The notes below the pieces were generated by a model that worked only from the letters and a program-made list of their open reading frames with translations, had not been told where the DNA came from and did not search any database. A DNA stretch of 64,000 nucleotides, taken from contig CAWGMQ010000007.1 of the NCBI GenBank assembly GCA_963823665.1, positions 736,001 to 800,000 on the forward strand, read 5' to 3'. The position numbers and the translations under genes were made by a program. The stretch's first letter is position 1; the number at the start of each line of letters is the position of its first letter. This DNA is from an uncultured Planctomycetota bacterium. GTDB lineage: Bacteria > Planctomycetota > Planctomycetia > Isosphaerales > Isosphaeraceae. Shown here in pieces: positions 32,208 through 45,600 of the stretch.

Positions 32208-33340
32208 GTGGCCAAACCGCAAGACGCCCCGCCGCCGTCATCCCCGGCTCCTTCCTCATCCGGAGACAACAAGCTCCGCCTGCATGCCGAGCAGGAGTTT
32301 GCCGCCGAGCTCGCGGCACTCGCGGAAGTCGACAACAAACAGCGTCCCCCGCGCTGGAATCTCTCACCCTGGGCCGTCAAGACCTACATCCTGGGCGGCA
32401 AGCTCGAGAGCGGCTTCGAGATCACGCCCAAGTACATCGGCAACGAGCGGCTGATCGAGATTGCGATTGCCACGCTCGCCACGGATCGAGCGCTCCTACT
32501 CTTTGGCCTGCCGGGTACTGCCAAGAGCTGGGTCAGCGAACATCTTTCTGCGGCGATCTCGGGCACGTCTTCCCTGCTCATCCAGGGAACCGCGGGAACC
32601 GACGAGTCCGCAATACGCTATGGGTGGAATTACGCCCGCCTGCTCGCTGAGGGGCCGTCGCGCAACGCACTCGTGGAAAGCCCGATGCTTCGCGCTATGG
32701 AAACCGGCCGGATTTGCCGCGTCGAGGAGCTCACTCGCATCTCCGGCGAAGTTCAGGACGCGCTCATCACCATCCTTTCTGAGAAAACGCTCCCTGTCCC
32801 CGAGCTGAACGTGGAGGTGCAAGCGGTCAAGGGATTCAACGTCATTGCGACCGCCAACAACCGCGATAAGGGCGTCAACGAGCTTTCGAGCGCACTCTTG
32901 CGTCGGTTCAACACGGTGGTCTTGCCCGTGCCGGACTCGCTCGAAGACGAAGTGACGATCGTGAACCAGCGCAGCGCCCAGCTCGGCGCGCGCTCGAATT
33001 GCCCGCGGAAAAGCCCGCCCTCGAAGAGATTCGCCGCGTGGTCACGATTCTCCGCGAGCTGCGCAGCGGCGTCACCGAAGACGGCAAGACCAAGCTCAAA
33101 TCGCCCAGCGGCACGCTTTCGCCGGCGGAGGCCATCTCGGTGGTCACCGGCGGCATGGCCATCGCGGCCTTCTACGGCGACGGCCGCCTCCGCGCCGGCG
33201 ACATTATCTCGGGCCTGATCGGAGCGGTCGTCAAAGACCCCTTGCAAGATCAATTGATCTGGCAAGAATACGTGCAGACGGTGATCAAGGAGCGCGACAA
33301 CTGGAAAGACCTCTATCGCGCGACCCGTGATTTTTCCTGA
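32208..33340 (+). CDS. yehL: MoxR-type AAA+ ATPase, YehL homologue; frameshift near 32990
   Basis: GLPGTAKS Walker A, RYGWNYARLL, RVEELTR, ATANNRDKGVNELSSALLRRFN, TLSPAEAI. Confidence 0.88.
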
Positions 33341-33361
33341 ATCGGGAGAATCGACCGAGCG

Positions 33362-35654
33362 ATGGGAGTTACTGTTTTCGGTATCCGCCATCATGGCCCA
33401 GGTTGTGCGCGCAGCCTGCGCAAGGCGCTGGACGAATTGCGCCCGGACGCGATCGTGCTCGAAGGCCCGCCCGACGCTCAGGACCTCCTCTCGTGGGTAG
33501 CGCATCATGAGGTGAAGCCGCCGGTGGCCATCCTGGTCTATCCGGCTGACGAGCCCCGGCGCGGCGTCTACTTTCCCCTGGCCGTTTTTTCACCCGAATG
33601 GCAGACGCTCGCGTGGGCCGCGGCAAATGGGGTGCCAGTACGGTTCATGGACTTGCCGCAATCGCATCAGCTCGCGCTTGAGAAGACTGACGAGTCGCAA
33701 GAGCCGAAGCCGGAAGAACAAGCTGACGATCAAGTCGAGACGGAGGAGCCAAGGTCCGCCGACGCCCCCCGCTGGCGAGTCGACCCGCTCGCGATCATGG
33801 CCGAGGCCGCCGGCTACCAGGATCACGAGCTCTGGTGGGAAGACCAGATCGAGCGCCGCACCGACGCCTCACAGCTCTTCGCCGCGATCCGCGAAGCCAT
33901 GACTGCCGTCCGGGCCGAGTTTCCGGACGTGCAGCCTCGAGATGTGCTGCGCGAAGCACACATGCGCAAGACATTGCGGGCAGTGATCAAAGAGGGCTTC
34001 CAGAACGTCGCTGTGGTCTGCGGCGCCTGGCATGCACCGGTCCTTGACGCCGAGTCCCTGGCCGGTAAACGCGCCGGATGCAAGATCAAGGACGACACCG
34101 AGCGCTTGAGCGGCCTGCCGAAGCTCAAGACAACCGCGACACTCATTCCCTGGACATATTCGCGGCTCACCTATCGCAGTGGATATGGCGCCGGCGTCCA
34201 GTCACCGGGCTGGTACGCGCACATCTGGAATTCAAACGACGAGGCGCCCACGCGCTGGCTGGCGACCGCAGCCCGCCTGCTGCGCGCTAAGGACCTCGAT
34301 GCCTCCTCCGCCAGCGTGATCGAAGCTCGCCGGTTGGCCGAGGCACTGGCGGCCATGCGTGAAATTCGCTCGCCGGGGCTACCCGAGCTGGGCGAGGCGA
34401 TCCTCACCGTCTTCTGTCACGGTGAAACGGCCCCGCTGCGACTGATCCGCTCCGGTCTCGAGATCGGCGATGTGATCGGCGAGGTTCCGCACGATGCGCC
34501 CACGGTCCCGCTGGCTCAGGACCTGGCCAGACAGCAAACGTCGCTACGAATGAAGCCCAGCACTGAGATCAAGCGTCTGGACCTGGACGTGCGCAAGGAA
34601 GGCGACCTGGCCCGCAGCAGGCTTCTGCATCGCTTGGGCGTGCTCGGCATCAACTGGGGAACCCACGAGCAGAGCGGCGGCAAGGTCTCCACGTTCCACG
34701 AGCTCTGGGTGCTCGAGTGGCGGCCCGAGTTCGCCGTTGGGGTAATCGAGGCCAATATCTGGGGCAACACGGTCGAATCGGCGGCGACGGCCAAGGTCGT
34801 GAACGCCGCGGGAACAGGCACCGACCTGGCGGACGTCACGAAGTTGCTCGAGTCGTCGATCCAGGCTGGGCTCCCCGCGGCGGTTGATCCGCTGCTCGCG
34901 CGCATTCAGGAAATGGCCGCACTCGGGGCCGATGTCCGCCACTTGCTCGACGCCATCCTGCCGATGGCCAGGGTCATCCGCTACGGCGACGTCCGCGGCA
35001 CCTCCGCGGCCCACGTCGAGCCAATCCTCGAGGGAATGCTCGAACGCGCACTCGTAGGCATCGCCGCCGCATGCTCGTCGCTCGATGACGACGCAGCCGG
35101 GCGAATGGTCGAGAGCATGGGGCACGCGGCCGAGGCGCTTCAAGTCCTCAATCGCGATGACCTTCAAGAGGAATGGCGCGCTTGCCTCGAGCGGCTCATT
35201 CATAAGGGTGTTCACCCGCTGGTGGCCGGATGGTCGTGCCGTCTGCTGCTCGATGCGCGGCGTCCTGCCCGCGGAAGAACTGCACCGGCTGGCGCGGCTC
35301 GCCTTGTCGCCGGTAAACCCCCCGGCGCAATCCGCGGCCTGGGCCACCGGCCTCTTGCGCGGCAGCGGCATGGCCCTCCTCCACCAGGACGCCCTCTGGC
35401 TAGTATTCGACCGCTGGCTCTCCGAATTGAGCGCCCAGGTCTTCCTCGAAATGCTGCCGCTGGTCAGGCGCGCATTCGCCGACTTCACCGGTCCCGAGCG
35501 CCGGCAGATGGGCGAGAAGCTCAAGCATCTCGGCTCGAAGAAGGAATTCGGCCCCGTCGCGTCGCGCAGCGGGGCGGGCAGTTCGCCCGAAATTGACGCG
35601 GAGCGGGCGAGCCGGGTATTACCGATCCTCTCCCACATTTTCGGCTCGAAATGA
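33362..35654 (+). CDS. yehM: DUF5682 family protein, YehM homologue; frameshift near 35262
   Basis: FGIRHHGPG, FSPEWQ, REAHMR, VVCGAWH, SGYGAGV, LPLVRRAF. Confidence 0.85.
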
Positions 35655-35675
35655 CTCTCAATATTGGTGTCGCCC

Positions 35676-36846
35676 ATGGCTGATCAGACTGAGGAAGAAC
35701 GCTTGCGACGCTGGCGCCTCGTGCTCGGCAAGGAGTCTCAGCAGTCGCGCACCGGCTCGGCGATTGACGAGGGCCTCGGCGTGACCCTGATGGACGATGA
35801 CGCCCAGATGGACAAGGTGCTCGAGGCACTCTACGACTCGGATCGCTCCGGTGGTCTGGGAAGCTCGTGCCCGAACGTCAATCGCTGGCTGGGTGATATC
35901 CGAACGTATTTTCCCAAGTCGGTCGTGCAGGTCATGCAAAAGGATGCTCTCGAGCGTTTGAATCTCCAGAAGATGCTGCTCGAGCCCGAAACCCTCGAGA
36001 CGATGGAAGCCGACGTTCACCTGGTGGGCACGCTGCTCTCGCTCAATAACGTGATTCCCAAGAAGACGCGCGAAACGGCGCGGCGGGTTGTGCGCAAGGT
36101 TGTGGAAGACCTGGAGCGCAGGCTGCGCAATCCCATGACCGAGGCAGTCCGCGGGGCCTTGTCGAAAGCGACCCGCACCTCGCGCCCGCGCCGGCGAGAT
36201 CGACTGGCACCGCACGATCCGCAAGAATCTGCATAATTACCTCCCCGATCGTGGCACGATGATCGTTGACCGTCTCGTTGGTTACGGCCGCAAGCGATCT
36301 TCTCTACGCGACGTCGTGCTCTGCATCGATCAGAGCGGATCCATGGCCGCTTCGATCGTCTATTCCAGCATCTTCGGGGCCGTGCTGGCTTCGCTTCGCG
36401 CCGTCACGACGCGGCTGGTTGTCTTCGATACGTCAGTCGCCGATTTGACCGATCAGCTTCACGACCCGGTCGACCTTCTGTTCGGTACGCAGTTGGGTGG
36501 AGGAACCGACATCAACCGCGCCGTGACGTACTGCCGCCAGCACATCACCCGCCCCGCGCAAACAATCTTCATTCTGATTTCAGACCTTTACGAAGGCGGC
36601 GTCGCCGAGAACCTGTTACGCCAGACCGCCGAGCTGATTGGAAGCGGCGTGACAATGATCTGCCTGCTCGCGCTGTCGGACCAGGGATCTCCCTGCTACG
36701 ACGAGAAGCTGGCATCTCAGATGACCGCGCTGGGCGCCCCGAGCTTCGCCTGCACGCCCGACCTCTTCCCGAGCCTGATGGCCGCAGCGATCAGAAAAGA
36801 CGACATCGCATCCTGGGCCGCGAGGAACGAGATCGTGACGCGCTGA
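35676..36846 (+). CDS. yehP: vWA (CoxE-like) domain protein, YehP homologue; frameshift near 36190
   Basis: RWRLVLG, EIDWHRTIRKNL, DQSGSM MIDAS, GGGTDI, ISDLYEGG. Confidence 0.85.
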
Positions 36847-36849
36847 GCG

Positions 36850-39800
36850 TCATCGCGCCTTCTGCTCACGTTCGTTCCCTCTCCTCAGCAGAAACGCGCA
36901 AAGGTCCTGAATCTCCCCCTCCGTCAAGCTGTTCAGCAACCCCGCGGGCATTGGTGAAACATCCGACAGCTTCATCTCATCGATGTCCCCACGCCTCACA
37001 TCCGTGGTCGCGCCCGGGTCGAACATATCCTCGATCACGCTCAGCGTGTCGCCGTGCATGTTCCCAATCCGCCCGGTCACAACCTGGCCATCCTTCTTGG
37101 CAATCGACACCGCGGCGTACTGGTCGCTGATCACCTTGTTCGGCTCGACAATCGCGTCGAGCAGATCGCGAACGCCGAACCGGCCTCCGACAGCGGTCAA
37201 CTCGGGTCCGACACCGCCGCCTTCGCTACCAAACCGGTGGCATGCCGCGCACGCCACAGCGCCATAGAGCTTGCGGCCGCGCTCGAGATCACGCGGCTGC
37301 ACCAGCCCGCGCTCGACGACCGGCAATAACTCGGCGACCGTCCATTCCCGGACGGGCTTCCGGGCCGCCAGCAGATCGCGAGGCGACACCCTCGCAGGCT
37401 GCGCGGTCAGAATCGGCAGAAGCGCTGCCCGCTCCTGACCGCTCAGCGAATCAATCGCTCGAGCCTTGATCGTCCGTTTCGCGTTCGCGAACGTATTGCC
37501 CCCTCGGTAAGCCGCGGCCTTTGTTACAAACCAGCGGAAGTACTCCTCACGCAGCGCCTGAGTCCAGCCCGCTTTGAGAACTCGGAGCACGAGTGCATAG
37601 TGGATCTGCTCCTCCTGCGTCGTTGCCGCGCGCATGGCCGCCATGATCTTGGCTGCGGCCGTCGGCGCTTGAAGATACGCCAGGATTTCCGCGAGCAGGA
37701 AATCAGCTTCGATCGCGTGCGCGGGGAACAACTCGTCGAGCCTGGTGGCCAGCCGCCGGCACGTCTCGTCGTCCGGCCGCCCCAGGCGCAGGAGCGCCAG
37801 CGTGTAAGCGCGCAACAGATCGACGCGATCCTCCGGCGCCAGATGCGACCAGTCCATGGAGTCGAGGGCCGCCAGAATGCGCCCCGCAGCGCGGGATCAG
37901 GCGCCGGGTCGCTCGGCTTGCGATGATACTCATCACGCCCACTCACGCGCGCAGCGCCACGAGCGCGGCGATCGCCTTGCGGGGATCAGTTTCGCTGAGA
38001 GCCTTTCGCTCCCACTGCGCCGGATCCTGCCACTCTAGCGCAACGCGGGCCGCGTAGCGAATCGCCCGATCGTGGTCTGCCAGGTATGGCCACACCGCGT
38101 CCACCGCGCCTGAGTCAGCGTGTCCGTGATACGCTTCGATCTTTCGCCGCAGCTCCCGCTGCGCCCGGGCGCCGGGGTTCTCGGGCCGCGCCGGGCGAAT
38201 CTTCTTCGCCACCTACGTAGGTGACTCGATAAAGCGCCGACTGCGCCCCGCGGCCGCCCACGGCCAAGTACATCGCGCCGTCCATCGGGTTGATCACCAC
38301 GTCGGTCACCGGTAGCGGCTGGCCGCTCAGAAAGTCTTCCACCTCCGCGGTGTAGCTCGCCCCCTGGGGCTTCAAATGAACGGCTCGGAGCTTTCCGAAG
38401 CTCCAGTCGCTGATGAACAGCGCATCGCGGTACTTCTCCGGGAACTTCGCCCGGTAGCCAAACGTGATCCCGGTGGGCGATCCCGGCCCGACGTCCGCCA
38501 CCGCCCCGAAGCTGTCGATGTAATACGCCGGCCACTTGCCCGATCCGTTACGAAAGCCGAACTCGGCGCCGCTGATAATGTGGTTCACCCGCGTGGGCCG
38601 ATACCACGGCTCGCCGATATCCCACTCCATGTCCGCGTCATAAGTGAACAGCTCGCCGTCGTGGTTGAAGGCGATGTCGAACGGGTTTCGCATGCCCGCG
38701 GCGATCAGCTCCCATTCCTTACCGTCGGGGTCCGTGCGGGCGATCCAGCCCTGAGGCGCCAGCGAGTTGTCCATGAATCCGGTCGGGATGCGGGTCGCCA
38801 GGTTGTCCTCGCTCCAGTTGAGCGGAACCCGCGAGCGATCGACTTTCGTCAGCTCGGTCGAATTGCCGCAGACCACGTAGAGCGACTTGCCGTCGGGCGA
38901 AAGCACGATCGAGTGCATGCCGTGCTCGCCGCCGCCACGGATCTCGCGCAGGAGCTTGACTTCGTCGTACCGGTCGTCGCCGTTGGTATCGCGCACGCGA
39001 TAGAGCCCGTGGGTTCCCCGCTCGTTCACCATCACGTAGAGACTGTCGAAGGCGTAGAGCAGCCCGTGCGCCCCGGCGAGATTCACACCGATCGCTTCGG
39101 GCGCGATCGAGCCGCTTCGGTTGGCGTCCGGCAATGTCATGCGGTAGAGCTTGCCGCTCTGATCGGCGGCGATCAGGCGGCCTTTCGGGTCGGTGCAGAG
39201 CGCGACCCACGAGCCCTGAGTCTGCTTGGGCACCGTGTAGAGCAGGTCGAGCTTGAACCCTTTGGCGATCCGCACGTTCCCGACCGCCGACTCGGCGGCC
39301 GAGCGCAGCGACTTGATGCGGATGTCCTTGAACCGGATTGTCATCGGCTCGCCGGCGTGAAGCTGGAGCGCGAGAATGCCCGCGTCCAGCCGTTTGGCCT
39401 CGACGTCGTCGAAAACATCCACGGTCGCGACGCCGTTGATGAAGTGCTGAAGATGGTTGCCGCGTGCGATGACGACATATTCGTTCCAGTCGTCCTTCTT
39501 GATCTTCGCCTGGATCTCCTGCGAGCTTCGCGAGCCGCCCCGTGATCTCCTTCTTGCCGCTCGAGCGTCCAGGTGACCATCTGGCCGCGACTAGCCATGA
39601 TCCCGCGTCCGCCGGCGCCGCCGGCCTCGTCATAAAGAATGCCCGAGTGCTGCGAGCCGGCTTCGATGTCGGCCTGGTAACCGGCCGCGACGAAGTTGCC
39701 CCGGTTCTGGCTGCGGTACTGGATTCCGGAGTTGGCGAAGCCCTTGTCGTTGTCAGCGGTGATCCGGTAGGACAGGCGAAGCTCGAAGTCGTCGACGATC

Positions 39801-40754
39801 AGGTCCTTGCCGCCCGCTTTCGCGAACAAGAATGTATTTCCCGTGAGCGGATTCTCCTTCGTGGTCCGCCCGATGATGGCTTTGTCCTCCACCGACCAGA
39901 ATCCGGGTCGACCCTCCCAGCCCGCGAGGGTGCGGCCGTCGAAAAGCGCGTGGAAGCCCGGCTCGGGAACGAAGACATCCGGCCGGCGCCCGGCGATCAG
40001 TGCGTCCACAATCTCCTTCGCATCCTCGGGCACATCAACCCGCGTCGTCCCCAGGCCGGTGATGCTGGTCGTGATCGTTCGATCCAGCTTCAGGGTCCGG
40101 CCGAACCCCGCGGCGCGAGACCCGTTCAGCTTTACCGTGAAGCCAGCGAGCACACCATTCGTGATCCGGAAGACGACAGACCCCTTGGCATCCTCGATCG
40201 GCCCGCCACCGCGCCGCCGCCCGAACACCGGCAGCCCGCCGGCAGCCAGTAGCTCGTTCACAGTCTGCGGGCTCAGCTCTGCGGTGACCGCGTCTCCCTC
40301 GCGCGTGAACGTCACCCCTTTCCCGATGTATTCCTCCGCTTCCAGCCCAGGCGGTTTGAATTCCGTGACAAACCGCCGGTTGAACCCGAGAGCAAAGCCG
40401 GCATTCCGCGCGGTGGCTTGCTCGAGCGTCTGCCAGGCGCCTTCGAGCAACACGGCCGCCTTGCCGGCCCGCATCACGAACTCCTCGCCGCCTCCGGCGG
40501 CCGGCAGCGCGACGCGAGTGAAACCGCCCCGTTCGGTCGATCCGGTCAATGTTACTGCGCGCCCATCGCCAGGACCTGTCCCGTCAGCCATGACCGCTGG
40601 CAGTCGACCAGGCGAAGCCCGGCTGATCGGCGAGATTCCTTGCGGCCGCCAAGGCGACCGCCTTCGGATCGTCGACCCAGGCGTGCACGGAGCGTCCCAG
40701 AATGCCAATGACGACGAGCCCCGTAGCCCACGAGACAACTGACGCAATCCTCAT
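36850..40754 (-). CDS. large secreted PVC-type protein: unknown N-domain + DUF1080 + sorbosone-dehydrogenase-like propeller + HEAT + c-type haem domain; about 5-6 frameshifts
   Basis: GAGGTGA RBS and signal peptide from 40754; LFDGRTLAGW, NSGIQYRS, LQLHAG; GMRNPFD, YDADMEWD, GSPTG; CAACH haem motif, VGPELT, SPMPAGL. Confidence 0.82.
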
Positions 40755-40990
40755 AGTTCACCTCTGCAAGAAGCCCGCTACGTCGGGAGGGGATCCCGAA
40801 GCAACACAGCAAACGGCGGTAGGCCACGCGGTGGGTCTCGGCATATCGCCAGCACCGGGGAGGTCTTCCACGTTAAACGCAACGAGTGATGTTCGTCCAG
40901 CGTATTGACGGCGATCACCGCTTCGATCGTGTCGTGCGCGATCGCGGGATCATTCGGCGTGCCTGGCTGCCACTCCAGGTGCGCGTCAGT

Positions 40991-41020
40991 GCAGCGGGCA
41001 CACTCCGTGTGCCGTCCGCC
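40991..41020 (+). repeat. REP-like palindrome, family B (degenerate GCAG head)
   Basis: GCAGCGGGCACACTCCGTGTGCCGTCCGCC; matches 46571..46600. Confidence 0.65.
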
Positions 41021-41052
41021 CATCAATTTTCCACGCTGTTTGAAGCGTTTGA

Positions 41053-41663
41053 TCAGATCGTGCTCAAAGCGCTCAGACCCATCCACGCCGCCATCGCCGC
41101 CGCCTTTTCATCGGCCCGCCAGGGGCGACCAACAGCCTGGCCAAAGTCCGCGAGCCGCGCCCGAAGCGCATCCACATTCACGCCCAGCCGTGCCGCGGCA
41201 AAGTCCTCGATGCCCTTTTCGGCGAACGCCATTGAGGGCACACCGACAGCCCGCGCCGCGAGCTGCCAGACCTGCCTGAAGAGCACGCCCTCGGCCGCAT
41301 GCGCCCGAATGTGCGGATTGCCGATCGACGCAAGCTTACGGTCCGGTGCCCCGACAACTGCAACGCATGCCGGGTCGAGGCCCTGATTGCGTAGGTCGAT
41401 CAGTAGACTTTCCAGCCTGCGCGCGGCCGCAGCCGCAATGGCCCGCTCCGATTCTCTGGCAGCTACAACGGCGTCATCCCAGGAAAGGCTCATGACCGCG
41501 TGAAAAGGCTGGAAGAGTTCTGGTGTGGCGTGCGTGCCGAGAATGATCTCGTCGCGGCGCACGCGCGCACCGAGCCTTCGCTGCTCGCAACAACAACACC
41601 GATCGCCCGCCCCGTCTTGGCCCGAAGCCCGATGCACGCGATCTCGGAGCGCCGTTCGTTCAT
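41053..41663 (-). CDS. conserved hypothetical protein; frameshift near 41570
   Basis: MNERRSEIACIGLRAKTGRAIGVVV continues in another frame as QPFH...HIRAHAAEGVLFR...GRPWRADEKAAAMAAW. Confidence 0.65.
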
Positions 41664-41896
41664 CGGTCGCACCGCCCGGTGGATAAGCTCAGCGCCCCGG
41701 CCGCCGAGCAAAGAATGGGGGGCAGCCGTGATCGCCTTGAAATAATAGCCAGATCACGACTCAGTTTGTCCCGTTCGCGGTCCGGATACCATAGCTGGCC
41801 GAAAATGGACGTTCCTGGATACAATCGCTCGATGGATACAACGACATCCAGATGACTTCGTGTCGGTGGTTGTGTGGACTGGTGAGGCTTGCAATC

Positions 41897-42154
41897 ATGA
41901 TTCGCGCCGTCGTGCAAAATGGGGTGATTCGTCCCCTTGACCCGATTCCATCCAACTGGGTGGAGGGCTATCAGGTCATCGTCGAGGATGCGAGCTCTCC
42001 TCCCGACGAAGACTTGGACGCATGGTACGCCGAGTTGCAGAAACTAGGCCCGGCGGAATATGAACCCGGCGAATGGGAGCGCGTGCAGGCGATCATGATC
42101 GAAGCCGATGAGCAAGCGAAAGCAGACGTTCGCCGGCAAATGGGTTTGCCGTGA
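41897..42154 (+). CDS. putative antitoxin (DUF104/AF2212-like N-terminus)
   Basis: MIRAVVQNGVIRPLDPIP...EG...V; acidic; coupled to the PIN gene. Confidence 0.75.
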   Translation: MIRAVVQNGVIRPLDPIPSNWVEGYQVIVEDASSPPDEDLDAWYAELQKLGPAEYEPGEWERVQAIMIEADEQAKADVRRQMGLP

Positions 42155-42558
42155 TGGCGAGGTACCTCCTCGATACGAACCACCTGAGCGCCGCGCTGGA
42201 TGCCAGGTCGGATGTTCGCGAACGGGTATATCGATCGCGCCAGGCCGGCCATCGATTCGGCACTTGCACGCCCGTCCTCTGCGAGTTGGAGACCGGGCTC
42301 TATCACACGAGCCGTCGCGATAATAACCAGCGAATCCTCGCGGTGATCCTTCGACACGTCCGCGTTTGGCCTCTGGAACCGACAATCGCTCCGCTCTATG
42401 CGGAAATCTTCCATTACCTCCGTTCCACCGGACGGGTGCTATCTCAGGTCGACATGCTTCTCGCAGCGATGTCCCGTTCGATGAACGCAACTCTGTTGAC
42501 GGCCGACCGCGACTTTGACGCATTACCTGACGTTTGTACGGAAAACTGGTTGGACTGA
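42154..42558 (+). CDS. vapC: VapC-family PIN domain toxin
   Basis: YLLDTNHL, VLCEL, VDMLLAA, LLTADRDF, ENW. Confidence 0.9.
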   Translation: MARYLLDTNHLSAALDARSDVRERVYRSRQAGHRFGTCTPVLCELETGLYHTSRRDNNQRILAVILRHVRVWPLEPTIAPLYAEIFHYLRSTGRVLSQVDMLLAAMSRSMNATLLTADRDFDALPDVCTENWLD

Positions 42559-42603
42559 TCGTTCCCACAAGGGCCGCCCGGTGAGGAATCAGCGGGCAGG
42601 TGA

Positions 42604-45600
42604 TCATCCCGCCTCTCGCCGATCGAGAATCTCGAGCATCCGCTTGATAGATTCCTTGCGGTCAGGCCGCGTCGGCGGCGTGGTGAAGTCTAGCTCCAGG
42701 TTCCGTTCTTGAGCGTAGCGAACGAACGCCCAGTGATTGCTGAAACGTCGGCCGTAGCGGTTGCCGAGCTGATCGAGCACAACCCGGCGAGCCTGGCCGA
42801 AGCACGTCGGCATCTTGAGCAGCTCAACGAGCTCCTGCGTCGTGAGCGGGCATGGCACGGGTTCAGCGGCGACACGTTGCGCGATGATCGGTCCCACGGG
42901 AAATGGGGCGAACGCGAGCGCGGTCCTCGTTGCGGTTCGAAGGGCGACCCCGGTCCCATCTGCGTCTGCAAGCATTCGGGGTAGTGTTGGACGCCAGTCG
43001 TAGTCCGTCCGTCCAGGATCGTCATTCGCATCCGGCCCCGAGCAAAACTGCGCGGCGATTTCCCAAGCCAATCGATGAGCCACGCCACGACCGAGATGCG
43101 GCAGTAATGCTGGGACGAGATCGTACAGCTTATCAGCATCGCTCGGCTCTAGTCGGGTCAGCGAGACGCGTCGCGCCTTCGTCGCGAGGTTCTTTGGTGA
43201 TATCGACTTCAGAGCTGACCGGGCGAGGTCTGTGCTCATCCGCCTAGCCCCCGCCGAGTCCGACATCCTCATAACGCGCGGAATGCCATCCGCCAATTCC
43301 AAACAGACAGCACGATTCGTCTCTCGCTCAAGTGCGCTCGCGAGGAAGCGCAGACTTTCAGCCGGATCCAGGATCTTGGCCGTCTTCGCCACAAGGCGCG
43401 CGATCGTCCAGCCGTCTCCACGGCCAGTTGCGGCATTTAGCTCGTCCGTGATTAACCGAGCGAGTCGGCCGTAGAACACCGATTGATCGCTTGGGGAAGT
43501 GTGGTCGGCGGCCGCCAGCACGATCAACAGTAAAGCACGGCGTTTGATTGGATCCTTTTCGCGGTCCAGTGCATTCAGCCAAACCACGGCCGCTTGATTC
43601 GCAAACGCGTGGCTAGTCTTCGGCGCAAGCTTTGAGACAACTTCGACCCAATCGCACCAATCCAACCCAAGCAAGACTTCCGCGACTTCCCTTGCATACG
43701 GGCCGCACACCTCAGTCCAGTCGGCGGGTTCCATGTTCTTACCAACCACGCCCAGGGCCGCCATTAACCACCAGCGCACTTCGGCGTCTGTTTCCCGCCG
43801 GATGCCAGCCGCGATGATCCGCGCCGCACGAGCGGAATCCTTGGAGTCAAGTCCCCCGGCAACATTGCAAACACCTCCGGCAGTTAGAGAAGTCCAATCC
43901 CTGTCCATGCCTCGCTTTCGGCGTGTTTCCTTACTCTGCTGTTTGGCACGAAGGCCGAGTGCGCGAGCGATATCAACGCCTTGGTCGTGAGGAGCTCGAA
44001 TTGCCATCGCGGCGAGTCCGCGCGCGAGTGGGAACTCCGCGTTCTGATCGACCTGTTTCTCGATTGCCGCGGTTAACTTCTTGGCGACTGCGCCACACGT
44101 CCGCGCAGACTCGTCAACACCGACGAGGTCGATCACGGCGCCGAGGCTGGCCGCAAGCTCCCCGAGAATTACCGGGTCTTTTTCCTTTTCGATCAGCTTC
44201 ATCAATGTCCTCGCCACCGGCGCCCATGCCTTGGCGACGACGAACTGATTACTCTGCCTTTTCAGCGAGCGAAATAGGGAGCGGAGGATGTACGAATTCA
44301 CCCGTTTGTCATCATCCGCATAGTCCTTCTCGATTTTCGCCGCGAACATTCGAGCAAGCTCGGTGTGAATCGAGGCGGCATCGCTCGCCTGCCGCCGATC
44401 CACGACGGACAGAATGATCTCGGCGTATTTCATGGCCGTGAAAGGATTTTCAGATCTTAAGGCGAGTAGGCCGTCTGCGATGCGGGCGGCGGCGGCAGCA
44501 TCGGCGCGACTTACCGTCTCCGCAAGGAGTTGGGTAACCTCGACCTTGGAGTTCCATGTCGCGTTGTTTTCGGCAAGGAACTCGAAGATCACTCTAGCGG
44601 TCACATCGGGCCCTTGTCGGAACAACGGTTCTTTCAGATAACTCACAAAAGCGGGCTGCGGCAGGTCATCAATTAGGGCCCTGCCGTACAGGAAATCGAG
44701 GACTTTTAACGCTCGCCCGCAATGTCCCCTGGTCCTGCCCTGCACGGTAGCGGCGTCGCCCAACGAGTCTGTTTTCAGTGCCACGCCCGGGTTCGCTTCC
44801 CGAAGGACTACCGCGTCGAGCAATGGAATTGCGACTTCCTGGTCCAATCGCGAATAAAGCTTCCATGTGTGCGTCGACCAAGCCCCATCTGATTCTTTGA
44901 ACTCTTCTCCTCCAATCGCCTTGAAGATGCAGTTAGAGTAGTTCTGCGTACGGGGGTTAGCCTGGGCCTGGAGCTCTATCGCGACAAGCGCTAGATCGCA
45001 CTTCTGCTCGACGGTGGCCTCCGAGTTCAGGATGCGACTGTCCAAGAGCTTTTCCCCGAGTTCACGATTCCGCGGGTTCAGGCCAATCGCCGCGATGAGT
45101 GCTGGCTCCGATCTAGCTCGGAGCTCGCGGCGCGAACGGGATCGCGAGTAGCCTGGTCGAGAAAGCGAAGGCCCATGTCGGTATTTCCTAACTCCGCGAG
45201 CTCCCACAGTGCCTCGCTCTCTGGCACCGATAACCACGGTTTGCCCTCTCCATCCGGGTCCAGCGACTGAACGAAACTTCGCGCCAGCAACTCCTCAGCC
45301 CGCGCCCGCTCTCGACTCTCCGCTACGGCTCGCCGCGACGCCTGCACCGCGAAATACATCGATACCACTATCCCCACCAGCAACGAAGCAGCCACCGCCG
45401 TGATCAATCCGCTCACAACAGGGTTCCGCCGGCACCATAACGAAAATCGTTCGAGCCGCCCCACGGGCCGCGCGTGAATCGGCTCCCCGTTCAGCCACCT
45501 CTCCAAATCCTCCCCGAGCGCTTCCGCCGACGCATACCTTCTCCCCGGCTCCTTCTCCAAACACTTAAGGACCACCGTCTCCAAATCACAATCAAGCCCC

